The notes below the pieces were generated by a model. It was not told the DNA's origin. It ran no database searches and saw nothing but the letters and a program-made list of their open reading frames with translations. The translations under genes and the position numbers were made by a program. From NCBI GenBank assembly GCA_012295275.1, contig CM022671.1, positions 36,332,001 through 36,396,000 of the forward strand: DNA of 64,000 nt, read 5' to 3'. This document shows positions 28,745-42,872 of the stretch, in pieces; position 1 is the first letter of the stretch; each line of letters begins with the position of its first letter. The stretch comes from Chrysomallon squamiferum (Eukaryota; Animalia; Mollusca).

Positions 28745-31700
28745 TCTTAGCTAAAAGCTGTTTCATGAAAACGTATTTCGCATGAGGTGCGGGCGCCGTT
28801 TGTTCGCTTTTCATTGACTTGTGTTATATTCTTTCCTTGGGATTTCTGCATACACACTCAGATATTCATAAGTGCTCACGGTTTCGAATATTTTGATTTC
28901 GTTGAGTTTTGCTGTGCCTACGCTGCTTTTTATCACTTGAATCACTAAAACCAGCTACGTTACACGAACGAAAGGTAAGTGACATTATAATTAGTTTTTT
29001 TATTTTATTTTATTGTCATTAAAATTTTATCAAAATGCTTGGACGCATTCAATTGTTATGATTCAAGTTAAAGTAGGTATGTGCAGATACTCGCGATTAG
29101 CGGCTGCGGTTTCTTACCAATTAGCTGTTCCACAGAAATCGTGTTTTGCATGAGGGGGGGGGGCACCGTTTGTTCGCTTTTCATTGGATCGTGTTATATT
29201 CTTTCCTTGGGATTTCTGCATATAAACACAGACGGGATATTGATAAATGCTCACGATTTCGAATATTTTGATTCCGTTGAGTTTTTCTGTGCCTACGCTG
29301 CCTTTTAGAAAATTACGAATTTTCAACACGCTTGAACCACTAAAACCAGCTACTGGACACGAACGAAAGGTAAGTAGACATTGACTTTGGTTTTTTATCT
29401 TATTGTCTTTAAAATTTTATCAAAAGTTATGGTTTTTTTAAATTGTTATGATTGCCTCGTGAAATATGGTATTTTGGTCATTTCGGTGTTCGATCGCCAT
29501 CTTGAAACTTTTACGGAATTTTCAACATGCTACAATAACCGGTTACTGGACACGAACGAAAAGTAGCTGGACATAATAATTAGTTTTTTATCTTACTGTC
29601 TTTAAAATTTTATCAAAAGTTATGGTTTTTTAAATTGTTATGATCGCCTCGTGAAATATGGTCTGTGTAATTTCGGTTTTCGATCGCCATCTTGAAACTT
29701 TTACGGAATTTTCAACATGCTACAATAACTAAAACCGGTTATGTGACACGAATGAAAAGAAGCTGAACATAATAATTAGTTTTATTATCTTTGAAATTTT
29801 ATGAAGCAGCTTCGAGGCTCTTAATTGTAATTTTTACCTCGTGAAATATGGTTTGTTGGCGTTATATCGCCAGTTTGAGTTTCTGTCTTTTTCTTCAAAA
29901 TTACAAATGTTCAACATGCTACAGTCACTAAAACCGGTTACATGAGACGAATGAAAAGTAGTTTTTTATCTAATTGTCTTTGAAATTTTGTCAAGCAGCT
30001 GCAAGCATGCTAACTAGTAACTCTAATCTTTATCTCGTCAAGCATGGTTATTTCGACGTTAGATTGCTGAAGTGAAAGTGTCATGGCAGACCAAACTTCC
30101 TGTATAAGGACTTACGTTTGAGAATGGATTATGCTGACTTAATACTTATTCTTCTTAAATTATCTTACATAAGAATGATGGACAAATATGTTCCTAACAA
30201 TATATTGGTATTTTCATCCATAATTGTCTCAAATCTAAAGATGTTTTAGGATTTTAAAATCATAAAATTGACCAAACAATTATAATTTCTAAACACCAAA
30301 TCAAATAAGCACTTGCTATTGTATTCTGTGTGGATTTAATTTGTATTGGTCATTCAAATTTTGCATTTCTTTTCATATAATGGTGTGTTTTTTTTTCAGT
30401 GTTTGGTTTGACCCACAGTTGATGTTTAATTTTGGTAATATTGTCTTTCATAATTTCAACTTTTTAAAACTTATTTCAGTTGTCTTCTCAGCTCTTTTCT
30501 TGTTTTTTTCAGTGAATAACCAAAAGATGCCTTTCAGTAACAAGAGACAGTGCCTAATTAGATGTAACCAACCGAGCTTAGGTAGACAGCATCTGCAAGA
30601 AAAGTATTCCACAGTTTCTGCAACAGATGAGTTTTTGAAAGGACACCTAGCTGTGGTAACAGTCGAGCAACAACAGTTAGTGAATTATGTAGTCATTTTT
30701 CACTAACTCCTACCCCTGTGTTGAGACTTTCGCTTGAAGTGAAGAAAGTTGTGTACCAGTTCGATAAGTTTTGAAATCTGGCTTATGCTGTACAATTTAC
30801 CAAATTTATGTGTTTATGTTCAGAAATTTTTTTATTGACGGAAAGCTGTAATCTTGAGGATGTACCCCGAAAACAAGATGAGCCCCAACCTGGTCCGAGT
30901 TGCAACCCACAATACGTTACTGCTTCCCCAGAACCACACAATCTATTGGATAGCAGTTCACTCTGTGGAGAAGATTCAGAGGAACCTGCTATTCCAATAT
31001 TGACAAAACCACCCATGAAAACCAGACAAACAAAAAAATGCCTTTCATGCAAGTTATTAAATAACTCCTTAACAAATATGAGACTAAAACAGCTACAGCT
31101 TCAAAGGTCTACACACATTGCAATCCGAGATGTGAGAGCACAGCAAAAGAAAAATAATATTTAATTTTGAATTCTAGTAGATTTTATGTACAGTTAGAAA
31201 GGTCAATTTGTCGAATATTTCAAATATCATTTTAATAAAATATTGTGTATACATGTCTGCTTGCGTTTTAATTTTAAAATGTGCTAGAAAGATCTGGCTG
31301 TTGAAAATGATTATATTTCTATAATCTATGTTGATTATATTTTTAATAGCTTGTAGGATGCATGTTTTATTGGATGTTGTGACTTTTACTAAATATAATA
31401 TGTATTCGTTCTGAAATAAACGAATTAATATTGTTTTGCCGATTACTAGCATTTGATGTTAACTATAATCCTCTGCAATACATAAACTCATTATAATCCT
31501 TGGAGTCGACTCCAGAAAGGTGTTGCTGGTCTTTATTAGGAGCAATACAATGTGTATGTAATCATGACAATTAAAGACACAGGTATTGTAACTGTCATTT
31601 GAAGCAGACAAAAGAATTTTCTTGGCTTTGTGTTCGTACTTCCTGTGCTTTGACAGCAAACAAAAGATACCTATCAATGTATCATGTGACCATCGCTGAT

Positions 31701-33015
31701 GTTTTCTCTGATGGAGCAAATCAGCACTTGATGCAAAAATAGCCTAAGTTTGATCAATTTATGGTTTTATGATAAAAAAAAATAGTGATAAATTCATGTT
31801 GTTTATATTTTAATAACCTGTTGGCTGTATCATTGTATGTTTTTCTTCAATGTTCCTATTTTTAGCTTATTCATTGTAGCACGTGCATTGCGAGATCGCA
31901 GTGCATTGTTTCCTACCTAGTCAAGTCACCGAAGACTTTATGTGCAACTACAAATAACTGGTGCTATTTTAAATGATTATATTTCTATAATCTGTGTTGA
32001 TTATATTTTTAATAACTTGTATAATGCATGTTTTATTATATGTTATGACTTTTACTGAATATAATTATAATATGAATACGTTCTGAAATAAACAAATTAA
32101 TGTTTATCTATAATCCTTTGCAATACATAAACTCGTATAATAAATTGGAGTCTACTCCAGAAAGGTATTGCCGGTCTTAATTAGGAGCAATACATTGTGT
32201 ATGTAATCATGACACTAAAGACAGGTATGATAAGTGTCATTTGAAGCAGACAATAGAATTTTCATGGCTTTGTGTTTGTACTTCCTGTGATTTGACAGCA
32301 AACAAAAGGTACCTATCAATGTATCATGTGACCACTGTTAATGTTTTCTCTGATGGAGCAAATCAAAATTTGAAGCAAAAATAGCCTAAGTTTTAAAACT
32401 GAACACTTTATGATTTATCAGTTTATGGTTTTACGATTAAAAAGAAAAAGTTGTACGTTTCGTATTTAATATTCTATGAATACCTCTGGTAGTTAGATTC
32501 ACAGAATACATTCATTGTACTGTTTTGTAGTACAGTTTGTTATGTTTATGATTTTTAATTCGCCATTTATCGCAAGAATTCTTAAAGCAAAACATGAAGT
32601 TAGTTTATTTCTGATCGTATTCATATTATAATGTATATACTTTAGAAATCCGAACACTGGAGAAAACTATGCATCCCAAAAGTTACTAAAAATATAAACA
32701 TAGCTTCAATCATTTTAAATAGCAGAGGTTCTTTTATATGTTTGTTACTCTTTTTTTCTTTCTTTCTTAATTTTTTACTTTTTTTTTTTTTTTTTTTAAA
32801 TTTATTTTTAGGCAAGCAATATACATTTGTGGACATAACTTTTGTTATAAATTTACACGCCATTGGTATTAACAGCGACAACATGTACGATGTTAGCAAT
32901 ATCGAACTTTGACCTTCCTGGGTGCTAAAAATAGCCTTGCTAAAAATAGTCGGTGTTGAGCAAAGGCGACACCGCCTTCAGATGAGCGCTTCGTAGAGCG
33001 ACACCACTTTAGCTT
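28745..33015. mobile_element. Unclassified, probably non-autonomous DNA element with internal tandem arrays
   Basis: CpG-rich relative to flanks. About 330-bp and 190-bp tandem units at 28750-30050 (ctcgtgaaatatgg at 29457, 29648, 29838), an internal duplication (31304-31775 vs 31971-32440), short GC hairpins at 32951-33000, and imperfect inverted agctaaaag/ctttagct near the ends. Boundaries are approximate. Confidence 0.45.
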
Positions 33016-33016
33016 T

Positions 33017-33900
33017 AGGGATGTTCACAAAGTTCGCTTACCCCCACCATGTTTAACACTCTCATACAAACTACTGATTTAACACATAAAAAAAAAACAT
33101 CACCATTTAAAAGAGCGCATATTAATCTGTATTTGAGTGTAATTGTTTTTCATGTTAAATTTTACAGAAGGGATTTGGGAGGGGCGGGAAATGGACAAAA
33201 TCGGCACTTTTACCACTTACGTTTGTTAGGCTGCTGGTATCTTAATTAATAACTTCTTTTTAATTTTTACAAATATAATCGATAGCAGAGATTGGCATTG
33301 GTCTTCTCTGAAAATTTCATCAAGAAAGCTTGATTATTAACAAAGATAGATGGGAAAATGTTAAAATATTACTATTTTTGGTCACAGACCTCTAATGACT
33401 TATATAGCGTTTAATCGGACGAAAAAAATTGCTTTTCCGGGGGTTTAAAATTGCTGCTACTTCCTTAATTTTTTACATATTCACTTGATCTTGGTATCAT
33501 TTTAAAGTGGTTTACAAGCTCTACCCAACTGTCTTATTTATTTTCAGATTAGTGGGGTTTGAAAAATTTATCCACATACCTAGTTAAAGTGTCGTTTTGC
33601 TTTTTGCATTTCAAATACACCAAACAGTTATTTGTTCACAAAAAAAATGTTTGGCTATTCTAGAATTCAGTATTCCATAGTTACTACTAATACTAGTATT
33701 AGGTTTGTGACAAAATTATTATTTTCCTGAAACATTATTATTATACATCATCAAAAAGAGTAAAAAAAATTCATATTAAAATGACACCAAAATCTTTGAT
33801 AGCATAGATGTGAAACAAAGCAACGAATTTTTATGGGAATAGAATTTGCGAGTATTTTTTCTTCATAAACTACTGACATTGTGATCCGTTTCTGTCATTT
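33017..33900. mobile_element. Probable DNA-transposon/MITE-like fragment
   Basis: Motifs typical of invertebrate TIR-element subterminal regions (gaaaatttcatcaag, ttggtatcattttaaag). No partner TIR found. Confidence 0.3.
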
Positions 33901-34450
33901 TGAGCATAAAATCTCGTATAGCTTCAAAGTTAAATCCACTAAGGCACTATACATGTATTATATATAAAAAATAATCTTTTTAAGAGTTCTAAACTTGTAC
34001 TGTATTTTAAAGCAAGTTGCTAATACTCATAAATTTTAATTAATTATTTAATTGACTTAGCAGAAATGTTTTCGTAAACACTGGTCTGATCGATTTTGTT
34101 GTCACTCAGTGTCATATGACTCAACTTTCTCTCTCTCTCTCTCTGATTCAGAGTATTTGGCCTGTTGACACAGTAAAATAATAGAAAAATATTTATTCCT
34201 TCATAACACATTCAATTCTACATGGTTTATTAAAAGTATTTTTGGGAAATATATAATCAATGGCGCATATACACAGTTGTCTGTTACTGAGTAGTAATTA
34301 CAGCAAAGGTTGAAACGGGTTTCTTTCTAGCTTTCTTTATTCACTCATTCATTCATTTACTTGTTTATTTATTTATTTATTATTGAAACATCATCTGCAT
34401 ACTTCATACACATGAGACATTCCGTACTGTATTATTTTTCACATATTATT

Positions 34451-35200
34451 TAGGGTAAGGTGGGGTAATTCTGGCCCCTGAGGTATATTGTGACTTGCAG
34501 CTGCTATACTGCTCTGTCCAGATTTCTGGAACTTTGTTGATATAAATAGAACCTTCCTATCTCTCATTAGAACAAAGAATGTGAAGTATAGTGGCTATGA
34601 AAGTAGTGAAAGCAACAAGATTGTAGAAAAAGTGCATTTTGAGGTTTCAAAAGTGAGTGTTAATTTTTTAGTCCTATAGACATAAGTTATAACAGGTGAA
34701 CATAAAATCAATTATTAAGTTCAGCAGAAGAAACTTGATCAATATGTGGTAATTAGGCAAGAAATATGTGTTTTATTTTACTCCACCACCTGGATCAATT
34801 CTGGCCCCCATATTTTGTGGTGAAATCAATAGTTTTGGCACTGATATAGTCCATTCTGAGTTTTATTCAAGTTTTATGAAATAGTTGAAAGTCCATAGTC
34901 CATGTGGTGGGGCACGTTGTCAAACTTCAAATAAAATCAAGAGGATAAGGTATGCCGAGGCACTGACAGAAGAAGAAAGTGTCAACAGGTATGAAGAAGA
35001 GTTGGCAGAGAAGAAGGAGGAGGAAGAAAAGGCAAAACGGCAGTTCAATTTGTATGCTACAACAGAGACAATTTTGATGGTGACAAGCCTGAACTAGAAG
35101 ACAGAGATATAGTAGATACACAAGAAAAATGTCAACTCAAAATCCCTGCTGGTGCAGACTTGAAAGATATTGTATTCTTGTGTCATATTTGTCAAGGAGT
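34451..35200 (+). mobile_element. pogo/Tigger-like transposon remnant
   Basis: Begins TA-GGGTAAGGTGGGGTAATTCTGGCCCC, with aattctggcccc repeated at about 34797. Encodes KRIRYAEALTEEE...LAEKKEEEEKAKRQ, resembling the charged C-terminal tail of DDE_1 transposases. No catalytic core remains. Confidence 0.5.
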
Positions 35201-35289
35201 TTAGTTTGTTGAAGTTTTGAATCCGACTTGTATTAATATTAGGACTAACTAATATTAGTAGTAAACAATGACTACATAGCAATAATCAG

Positions 35290-35545
35290 TACAACAAATT
35301 CGAGGACCAAAATACATCAGGGCAAATCTGAAGGTCAGTGTTGTGTAGAAACTGAACAATAATGGCAGATTTGGAAACCTTGTCCTATTGCCTTTTCAAC
35401 AATACCAGTTTTATGAAGTGGCCCGGTAGTTCCTGAGATATGAGGGTTCAAAGGTTGGTGGTCATGTCCATTTTGGCCACAAAATCTCAATTTGGGAGAC
35501 CATCTCACCCAAACCACATGATGATTTGACATGGAATGACCCTAT
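35290..35545. mobile_element. Terminal fragment of a TIR DNA transposon
   Basis: Ends in TTTGACATGGAATGACCC-TA (reverse complement TAGGGTCATTCCATGTCAAA), a TIR-like end, with gttcctgagatat internally. The partner end was not seen. Confidence 0.4.
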
Positions 35546-35693
35546 AGTATAGGTCTTCTCATTTACTAAAAAGATTAATAATAATTAAAAGTAAAATATA
35601 TTGAAATATTCTATCATTTATTATTATTATTATTTTTTTTTTTTATCAACAGGTTTCAGCAGCAGAAAAAGATATTTTGAAATCTGTTGAGAA

Positions 35694-38600
35694 ATGGACA
35701 CACTGCAGGTGGAATGGGTATGTCCTTTGTTGATTACACTCCAACTTTTGAGATATCACAGAATTTGTTATTGAGTCAAAATTGTAACAAAAATTTATTT
35801 CTTATAGTAAGTTCAGATTTAGATACCAGATTTGTTTTTCATTATACATAGATTACTGTTTTGTAGGTGACTGAAGAAACAGAAATATCTCTGTCTGCAT
35901 GCTCTTGGATGCATTGCCAGGAAACAGGTGTGTATTATCAAGATATTACTTTTGAAAGTTTGTGTCCACACTCCAGTAGACATAAACAAAAAATCAAACA
36001 GAAGTTGGAGTTCACTGCAGGGAAGCCAGTACTTGCTCCCAGCAACAAGTTATAAAGTTTTCTAATTGATTTATATCAGACCATGATCACTTACAACAAC
36101 AGGGTTGAACACTTGTTTGACTATGCACATAAATAAAACATTGTTACAGCAAAAAGCAATGACCCTGGAAACTTCAAAAATAATTATTTAATGCCTTCTG
36201 TTAATAACAAAGTAACAATAAACTGCACACAGAATTTTCTTTTGTTAGTTCATTTTGTTAACACTAAAAATGAGTGTTATGCCAGTATCATCAAACCATT
36301 CATTGTGTCTACAAGATCATATGTGAAATACTTAAAAAGTCAGTAAATTTTAACATTTGTGAGTGAATTATATGCAAACATTTCCATTGTCATCAAATAC
36401 GTTCTGACATATTATAGACTAATAGATGTCACATTTTTGTTAAAAATAGCAGAAAGGATTTGTATAATGATTCCTTGATTAGTATAGTTTCCATCACTGA
36501 ACAAAAATATAACTTCATATTTATGGTGTAAAATTTGAATACAGAATAGTGTGGTTCAGAAAATTAATACAGCAAGAAAATGGGCTGAAACCATCTTCCT
36601 TGTCTGTGAAATTTGTTTCCTCATGACAGTTACATATAGCAGTTTGATCTGATATCATCAGCCAATCACTGTCAGCAGCAATAAGTGTAGTCTAAATTAA
36701 CCTGGTGACTTTGTTTACTTCTTTTTTCCTATTGCGTTTACAACTAAATTAGAAAATATATAAATAAATGCTTTAATGTTAAGGTAATATACCAGTATTT
36801 ATTGTAATTATTCTCACTGGTTTGGAACTTTGAGTAATGCAGTGTTCATGTATGCAGTGACCTCAGTGTTACTGAAGGGTTTGCAAATTAAATTTTAAAA
36901 CTGAATTTGTGTACACATACATGTTTTTGTTTCTTCATGCAGATGCTTTCATGATTTGAAGTAAATATTTCCCAGTCATTTTTCTTGATGCCAGACATGC
37001 AGCACCAGTCTGCTGCAGAAATCTTGTAACAACATACACATGGTATAATGAACTTGAAACTGTTATAATAAATGGAAACAATCCTTTATGTGAAAATAAA
37101 ATAAGATGCACCAGAGAAAAAAATTGGGAAACGATAACTTTTTGAGAAATGTTTACATGCTCTTCCAGAGACTAATAAAATACACAGGATACTGACTTGC
37201 CCATCATTAAAATATAAATCCTTTTCCCGCTTTTGAACTATTTTGCCACTCTGTGTGTGTCTGTATTTGGAAAGTGTGTTATACTTGCATATGGTATTTC
37301 AATAAACTGAGTGTTGCAATTTCCACAAGTTGTAATAAAGATAAATGGTTATTTTTATATATTTTTTAATATAAGGTACTACTGAATGTCATTTTTTTTT
37401 TTTGTAGAACCTCCTGCTAGAAGTTGCTTCCAGTTTGGACCTTTTGGGGTGTTTGTCAGTATTCATCCAGAAGTTCGGTCCCATCCAGAGGAGGAACGTC
37501 ATCAGAATATAGACGTACGCGACTTCAGAAGTCTCTGTAATTGTGTGGATAATGAAGTACGACAGTCACGTCGGTATCCAGGGGAGAGAGCATCTGACTC
37601 GGCTGCAGTATCGAATCCAGACCAAACAACACCTAAAGAGACATCAGTGGAAGTTGAGACTGTACAGTCCACCAACACCACAGAACAGGTAATAATGAAC
37701 ACTTTAAGTACGGTATATTTGTATACAGCATTGCTTTGTACAGTTTATTATCATTATTATTTTTTACAATTATTTGTATAATTTTTCTTTTTAAAAAGAG
37801 TTTACGGTTGTATAAAAACCTGGTTCAAGCTACCAGATAAACATATATAATTAAAATATAAAAATAAATTTATTTACACTTGAGATCTTATGGTTTTTGA
37901 AGTGTTGCTGTATCATGTAACTCAAGAGCCAGTAAAAAATAGCTATGAGCATCACTTCACTGTCTGGAGAAAATTCAATATTTGTAGTGTTTGATTCTAT
38001 CTTATATTTTAGTCTCAATCTGCATGTTTTAATAAAGGTTAACTAATAATTTCAGACATATATATTTATAAAATACATAAAATTACTGGAAATCTTAAAC
38101 AGAATTTGCATTTTTCAAAATTATCAAATAAAATGCTAAGTTTCTTTTGTCAAATTACAGATTTATTTATTTATTTAAAATAAATATAATTAAATTGTGA
38201 TTTTTCTTAATTGATAATTGAATTGTTAAGGTACAAAAGCTGAAGTGTATTAACAACAAAATGTAAACAGACATTTTTGGCTGCCATTTTCTTTTCATCA
38301 GTCGGGTCAGTTAAATTTTCCTAGGATACATTTGGTAACTCAACACTTTATATAAATTCATCTTCACACTTCTGCACTTCATCTGAACTGAGAAAAGACT
38401 CAGGTTTCTGAAACAAAATCTTTTATTTGTTTACAAAATGTCATTCCAATTAGGTATATTAGGTTGTTGAAACAAAGTAAAACAATGGTTTAAAGTGTAT
38501 AAACAGATCATAGTTTAGCTCATCTCATTATACTATAATGGATGTTACATTGGTTCAATTGTATTAAATAAATATATTAGTGTGCTCATTTATATCAAGG

Positions 38601-38975
38601 ACTTTTTTTGTTAAATGCACATAATTTTAGTTCAGTAATCAGAAAACACATTTTATCATACGAAGTGGAAAATGAATTCCTATTTATATATATTATGTTT
38701 TTTAAGTGCTATTTTTTTTTCTTCTAGGTTTCTGATTCTGGAATTCAAGGCGATATAGATGATCCACCTCCTGATGGTTTTTCAGGTAATTATTCATTTA
38801 AATGTAAATCGGCTTCGTGTGTGTGTCTTCTCTTCTCTATTATTTGTTGAGAACACTGTTTTAACACTTACTTTGTGAGATACCCTTGTACTGCAGTTGT
38901 TTATTTTTGTTGTTTTCAGAAGATCAGACAGTTGTCAACCGAGAAGACAAGGATAAAGGAGACGACGACACTTGA
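35694..38975 (+). CDS. Predicted orphan 5-exon gene, 159-aa acidic, low-complexity protein of unknown function (copy 1)
   Basis: Exons 35694-35717, 35867-35927, 37408-37688, 38728-38785, 38920-38975. All are GT-AG with pyrimidine tracts, and phases 0/1/0/1 join into one 480-nt ORF: MDTLQVEWVTEETEISLSACSWMHCQETEPPARSCFQFGPFG...DDPPPDGFSEDQTVVNREDKDKGDDDT*. There is an in-frame stop upstream of the ATG, and the context is gaaATGG. Confidence 0.65.
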
Positions 38976-39579
38976 ATGATGTGACCACCTATATTGACTT
39001 ACCCAGAAAAATGTTACAGGACACTAATAGTGTGTGTGAAGTTGTTATTGAAAAACTTGCTTATAGATATTTTTCTAATCTGTGTTGTATTTACTTTAAT
39101 TTCATATTTACTTTAATAATTCAGACTATAAGCTTTTTCCTAACTGAGTGTTTTTGGAAGTACAAGTTCATTATCCCATTTATTTTGTGAGACTGCTATT
39201 TTTTTTGATATTGTCTGATAACCTTTTCTGATCTTTTAAAATAAGTTTTATCAGAATAGGTATTGATGGATTTGTTTATTACAATTACAGTTATTGAAAC
39301 TGTATTTTCTTAAGATACTGTTTAAAAATCATCAGACTGTTTTGTATCTAATTTACCATTTGCTTCTTTGCCTTTGTTATGAATTAAATAAATTATGTGT
39401 AAAAGTTATACCCATCTGACACTGTACATGTAGTGAATAATGATATTTTGTGTGTACAGTTTTGCAGTAATAAAATGTGAATGTATACTGCACAGTCTAG
39501 ATCTCTATAAGCTAAGAAAAATGAAATGTGTACTAGTTAATTTTAAAGCCATTGTATTTCGTTTAATGTTTTTCACAAA

Positions 39580-40630
39580 GACAGTGTTCTGAGGTGTGAT
39601 AGGTCACATGATCAATCCTCTGTTTACACCACACCTAATTTTATTAATCTTCCGTTAAATGTTCAAGAGAAAAAAATCCCTTACTGTAAATTTAAAAAGT
39701 CTGTCCTATCTTTGTGATCAAAACTGTATGTGTATAACATGACTGTAGTTAGAAAATGTGGTTGTTCTGGCATTAGATACATTTTCTGTTGGATGCAGAT
39801 TTCATAAAATAATAGTTTAAAATTATAAATAAATAAAAGTATAGAAGTAACAGATGCTTTTAATAAAAAGAAATTAGTTTTGGAATTGTAGAAAATGATG
39901 TAAAAGTTCCTTTTGTTTTTTGAATTGTAAATGAAGAATTTAATAATTATTTTAATTTTTATTTATTTTTTAAAATCAGTTTGCTACAATTTTTTTCTAT
40001 GAAATTAGTGTATTATGTTATTATTATTATTAAATCCATGTCTTAAACCATAGTAAATTTAATATTTGAGCAATATATATTAATTAAATTCTGAGAATCT
40101 TCTTTTTTTCTCATTTGTTCAAATAAAGCTAAGAAAATATAAAAGATTTTGATATTTGATTTGCATATTTCTAAATGAAGTTATTCTCACCCATTTAAAA
40201 TACGCATATAAATAATGCTGTAATGATTTGTCAGTGAACCGCATTTCTTCTTGTCTAAGTGTAATATATAATTTTTTGTTTTTTAATTATTAAATTTAAA
40301 AATAAAATAAACTGCTGCATAATTAAATTCCATTTTGTGAAGAAATTTGATTGGGTGACAGCATAATTTTCTTTTGTACACAAATCTGAAGTTTTAAAAT
40401 GATAAGTAAGATAGTTGAAGGGTTGATGTATAACTTCTAATCATGTTTGAATATTTTAATTTGATTAACTAACACAAAACAATATAATCAGCTGTGATGA
40501 ATTCACATTACTCTGAAATACTTTGTCACTTATTTAATTTTTTATTGCATGAAAATGTCATTTTTTGTTTTAAAGGAACCAGTATATGTGTACATTTCCT
40601 ATTATAGTGGTTTTAATGTTTAAGAAATAA
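39580..40630 (+). repeat. Dispersed duplicate of the segment downstream of gelsolin B
   Basis: Colinear similarity to about 23960-25100 (for example gattgggtgacagcataatt, gataagtaagatagt.gaagggttgatgta) and partly to 22490-22700 and 47630-48140. Confidence 0.85.
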
Positions 40631-41550
40631 TATGTAGGATTTCACAGATTATTGAATTAAAGAAAGTCTTTCTTTCCTGGATTTGTGGGATGTATGTCAA
40701 ACTGATTTAATGTGTGAACTTACTCCTCTCCTGAAATAGCACACTTGAAAATGATCTTTTTATTGTAGACACTAATAATTTAAATATCTTTTGCATGTCC
40801 TATTATCACATTTCTATATCTGTCAGTTATTGTCATTAATTCATTCAAATTTATTATTCGTCAAATAATTTTTTTCTTATTTCTGTTTGGACATATTTTA
40901 TCTAAATGAATTTTCTTTTTACAAATAAACATTTGTTTGCCACGATTTAGAGTTTCAGTGTGTCATCACCAGAGAACTTTGTTCTGTTAAATGTAGCAAC
41001 TCTGTTCACCTGAACCAAATATTCCTGTATCCTTGTATTGCTTTTCCTTGCCACAAAAAGCTTGTCTGCCAGTTCTACCTTCTTGTATTGCATTCTCTTT
41101 CAAAAACAGATCAGAACTTGGTGTCACAAAGGAAAGAGCTCAGAGATATTTCCAAGTTGATCAGTAATCAGAAACAAGTGTGAAGGACATTACGTGAAAA
41201 GGAAATGGGTAAAAACCAAATAACTTTATTTCAAAATTATATGAAACCTTTAGATTTTACAAATAAATATTTGCCCTTGGAAGAAGGTGAAATGACTAGA
41301 GAAGACTACCAATTATAATTTAGCTAAAAAAATGAAAGTATTATGAAAGTTATTACACAACAGTGTGATGGATGTTACAAAGATAAAAAAAAAAAAAGTT
41401 CTTTGTCCAGAGGAATAAGTATTAAGTCCATTAATATTATGATAAAAGCATTTTAATGCATGATCACAATCATGATATGGATTTGATGATTAACTAAACT
41501 TTCATAGACATTTAAAATTATACCGAAACTACCAAGAATTCATTGTCTTA

Positions 41551-42050
41551 ATATTATTATTATTATTTATGTAGCACCCTTTCCATATTAAGTAAGTTCA
41601 AGGGTTCTTTACAATGTAAACTAATAAACTAAAATATAAAAAGACATGGATATAAACATTAAAATAAATGTAAAGACAGTCGTGTGAACATGTTAAAATA
41701 GTAGTTAAATAAATGAATTACATTTAAAAATTGTCAGATTTATTTCTTCTGACGGATACAAATCTAATTTCACGACTGACATTTTTAAACTTTGCCTTCG
41801 CTAGTGCTAAGATAATCCCTTCAGATTTTCTTCTCACATTTAGATATATCATTGGCTCAGCACATTACTTTTCGCGACCTACTTTCAGAATATATTTTAA
41901 ACCGATGCTGGGGACATTACAAATTGAGAGGAATAAAGTATCAAAAGCAATTTGTTGTTAGTGATTTGAAAGGCTGAATATTTATATTTTTGGATGGTTT
42001 GTAGCCTTGAAATTATGTGATACATGTTCATGTCTGAACCTTTAGGAAAA
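41551..42050 (-). mobile_element. L2/CR1-clade LINE 3' remnant
   Basis: The minus strand ends tgtaaagaacccttgaac...aaagggtgctacataaat(aat)n, like L2 3' tails. Upstream decayed RHEHVSHNFK resembles the HITP.L..LHWL region of L2 ORF2. Confidence 0.55.
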
Positions 42051-42872
42051 CAGTACGATTCACAAAGAATTTTCAGATTTTAAGAAATTAGGAGTTTTGT
42101 GAATACATTTTGATCCTTTTCTTAATAAATTAATGAAATTTATTTTCTCCCTTGTTTCTTGTGCTGTGTAATTGCCCTAAACATTCCAGGTCGGTGGCAC
42201 TTTATAAAGAAGCTTTAATCGCTATTAGTATTACAGTTATAGAAAAGTAACAAAAACTGGTAATATATACACAATTCATTAATAAAATTGTTACTTGGTT
42301 TATGTTGTTCTGTTTAATATTGTGCAAGCGCTTGCTTATTGCTGGGTTTAATATTTGTTTTATTATATGCATTATATAATATTTTAATGCTTTTTGACTC
42401 TTAGAAATCTATAATAATAATAATCCCCGTATGTACTGTTTAATAGTCACCTGAAGTGAAGCGGTTGTGGCCGATTCGTCAAAAGTCAACAACAAAAAAA
42501 CCCCTCAGAAATGCTCGTACCGACAACAGCCTGATCATTACAGATAACTCTAAAGTATTTATCTTTTTATGATGTCTGCAGAAGTAAACATCAAATTAAT
42601 AGAAATATTACCTATTCTCGATGAATTCTTACTTAGGAATGATCTCGGCTTTTTTGACGCGAATCTAACTTAATTCCGTGCATTGTAAAGTCACCAACTT
42701 TAAGTTCCGAAGTTTCCACAATGTATGAAATCAAACAGAAGAACAGAAGACGAAAAGATTTCGTTTTCAGTTTAATGCCTAGGAACAGCGAATATCGTAA
42801 GAGTATAGTTCTCATTTTCTGCAAATTAAAAAATACGATTACAAGTTCAGAAGATATGAAGATAAGAAGGCC

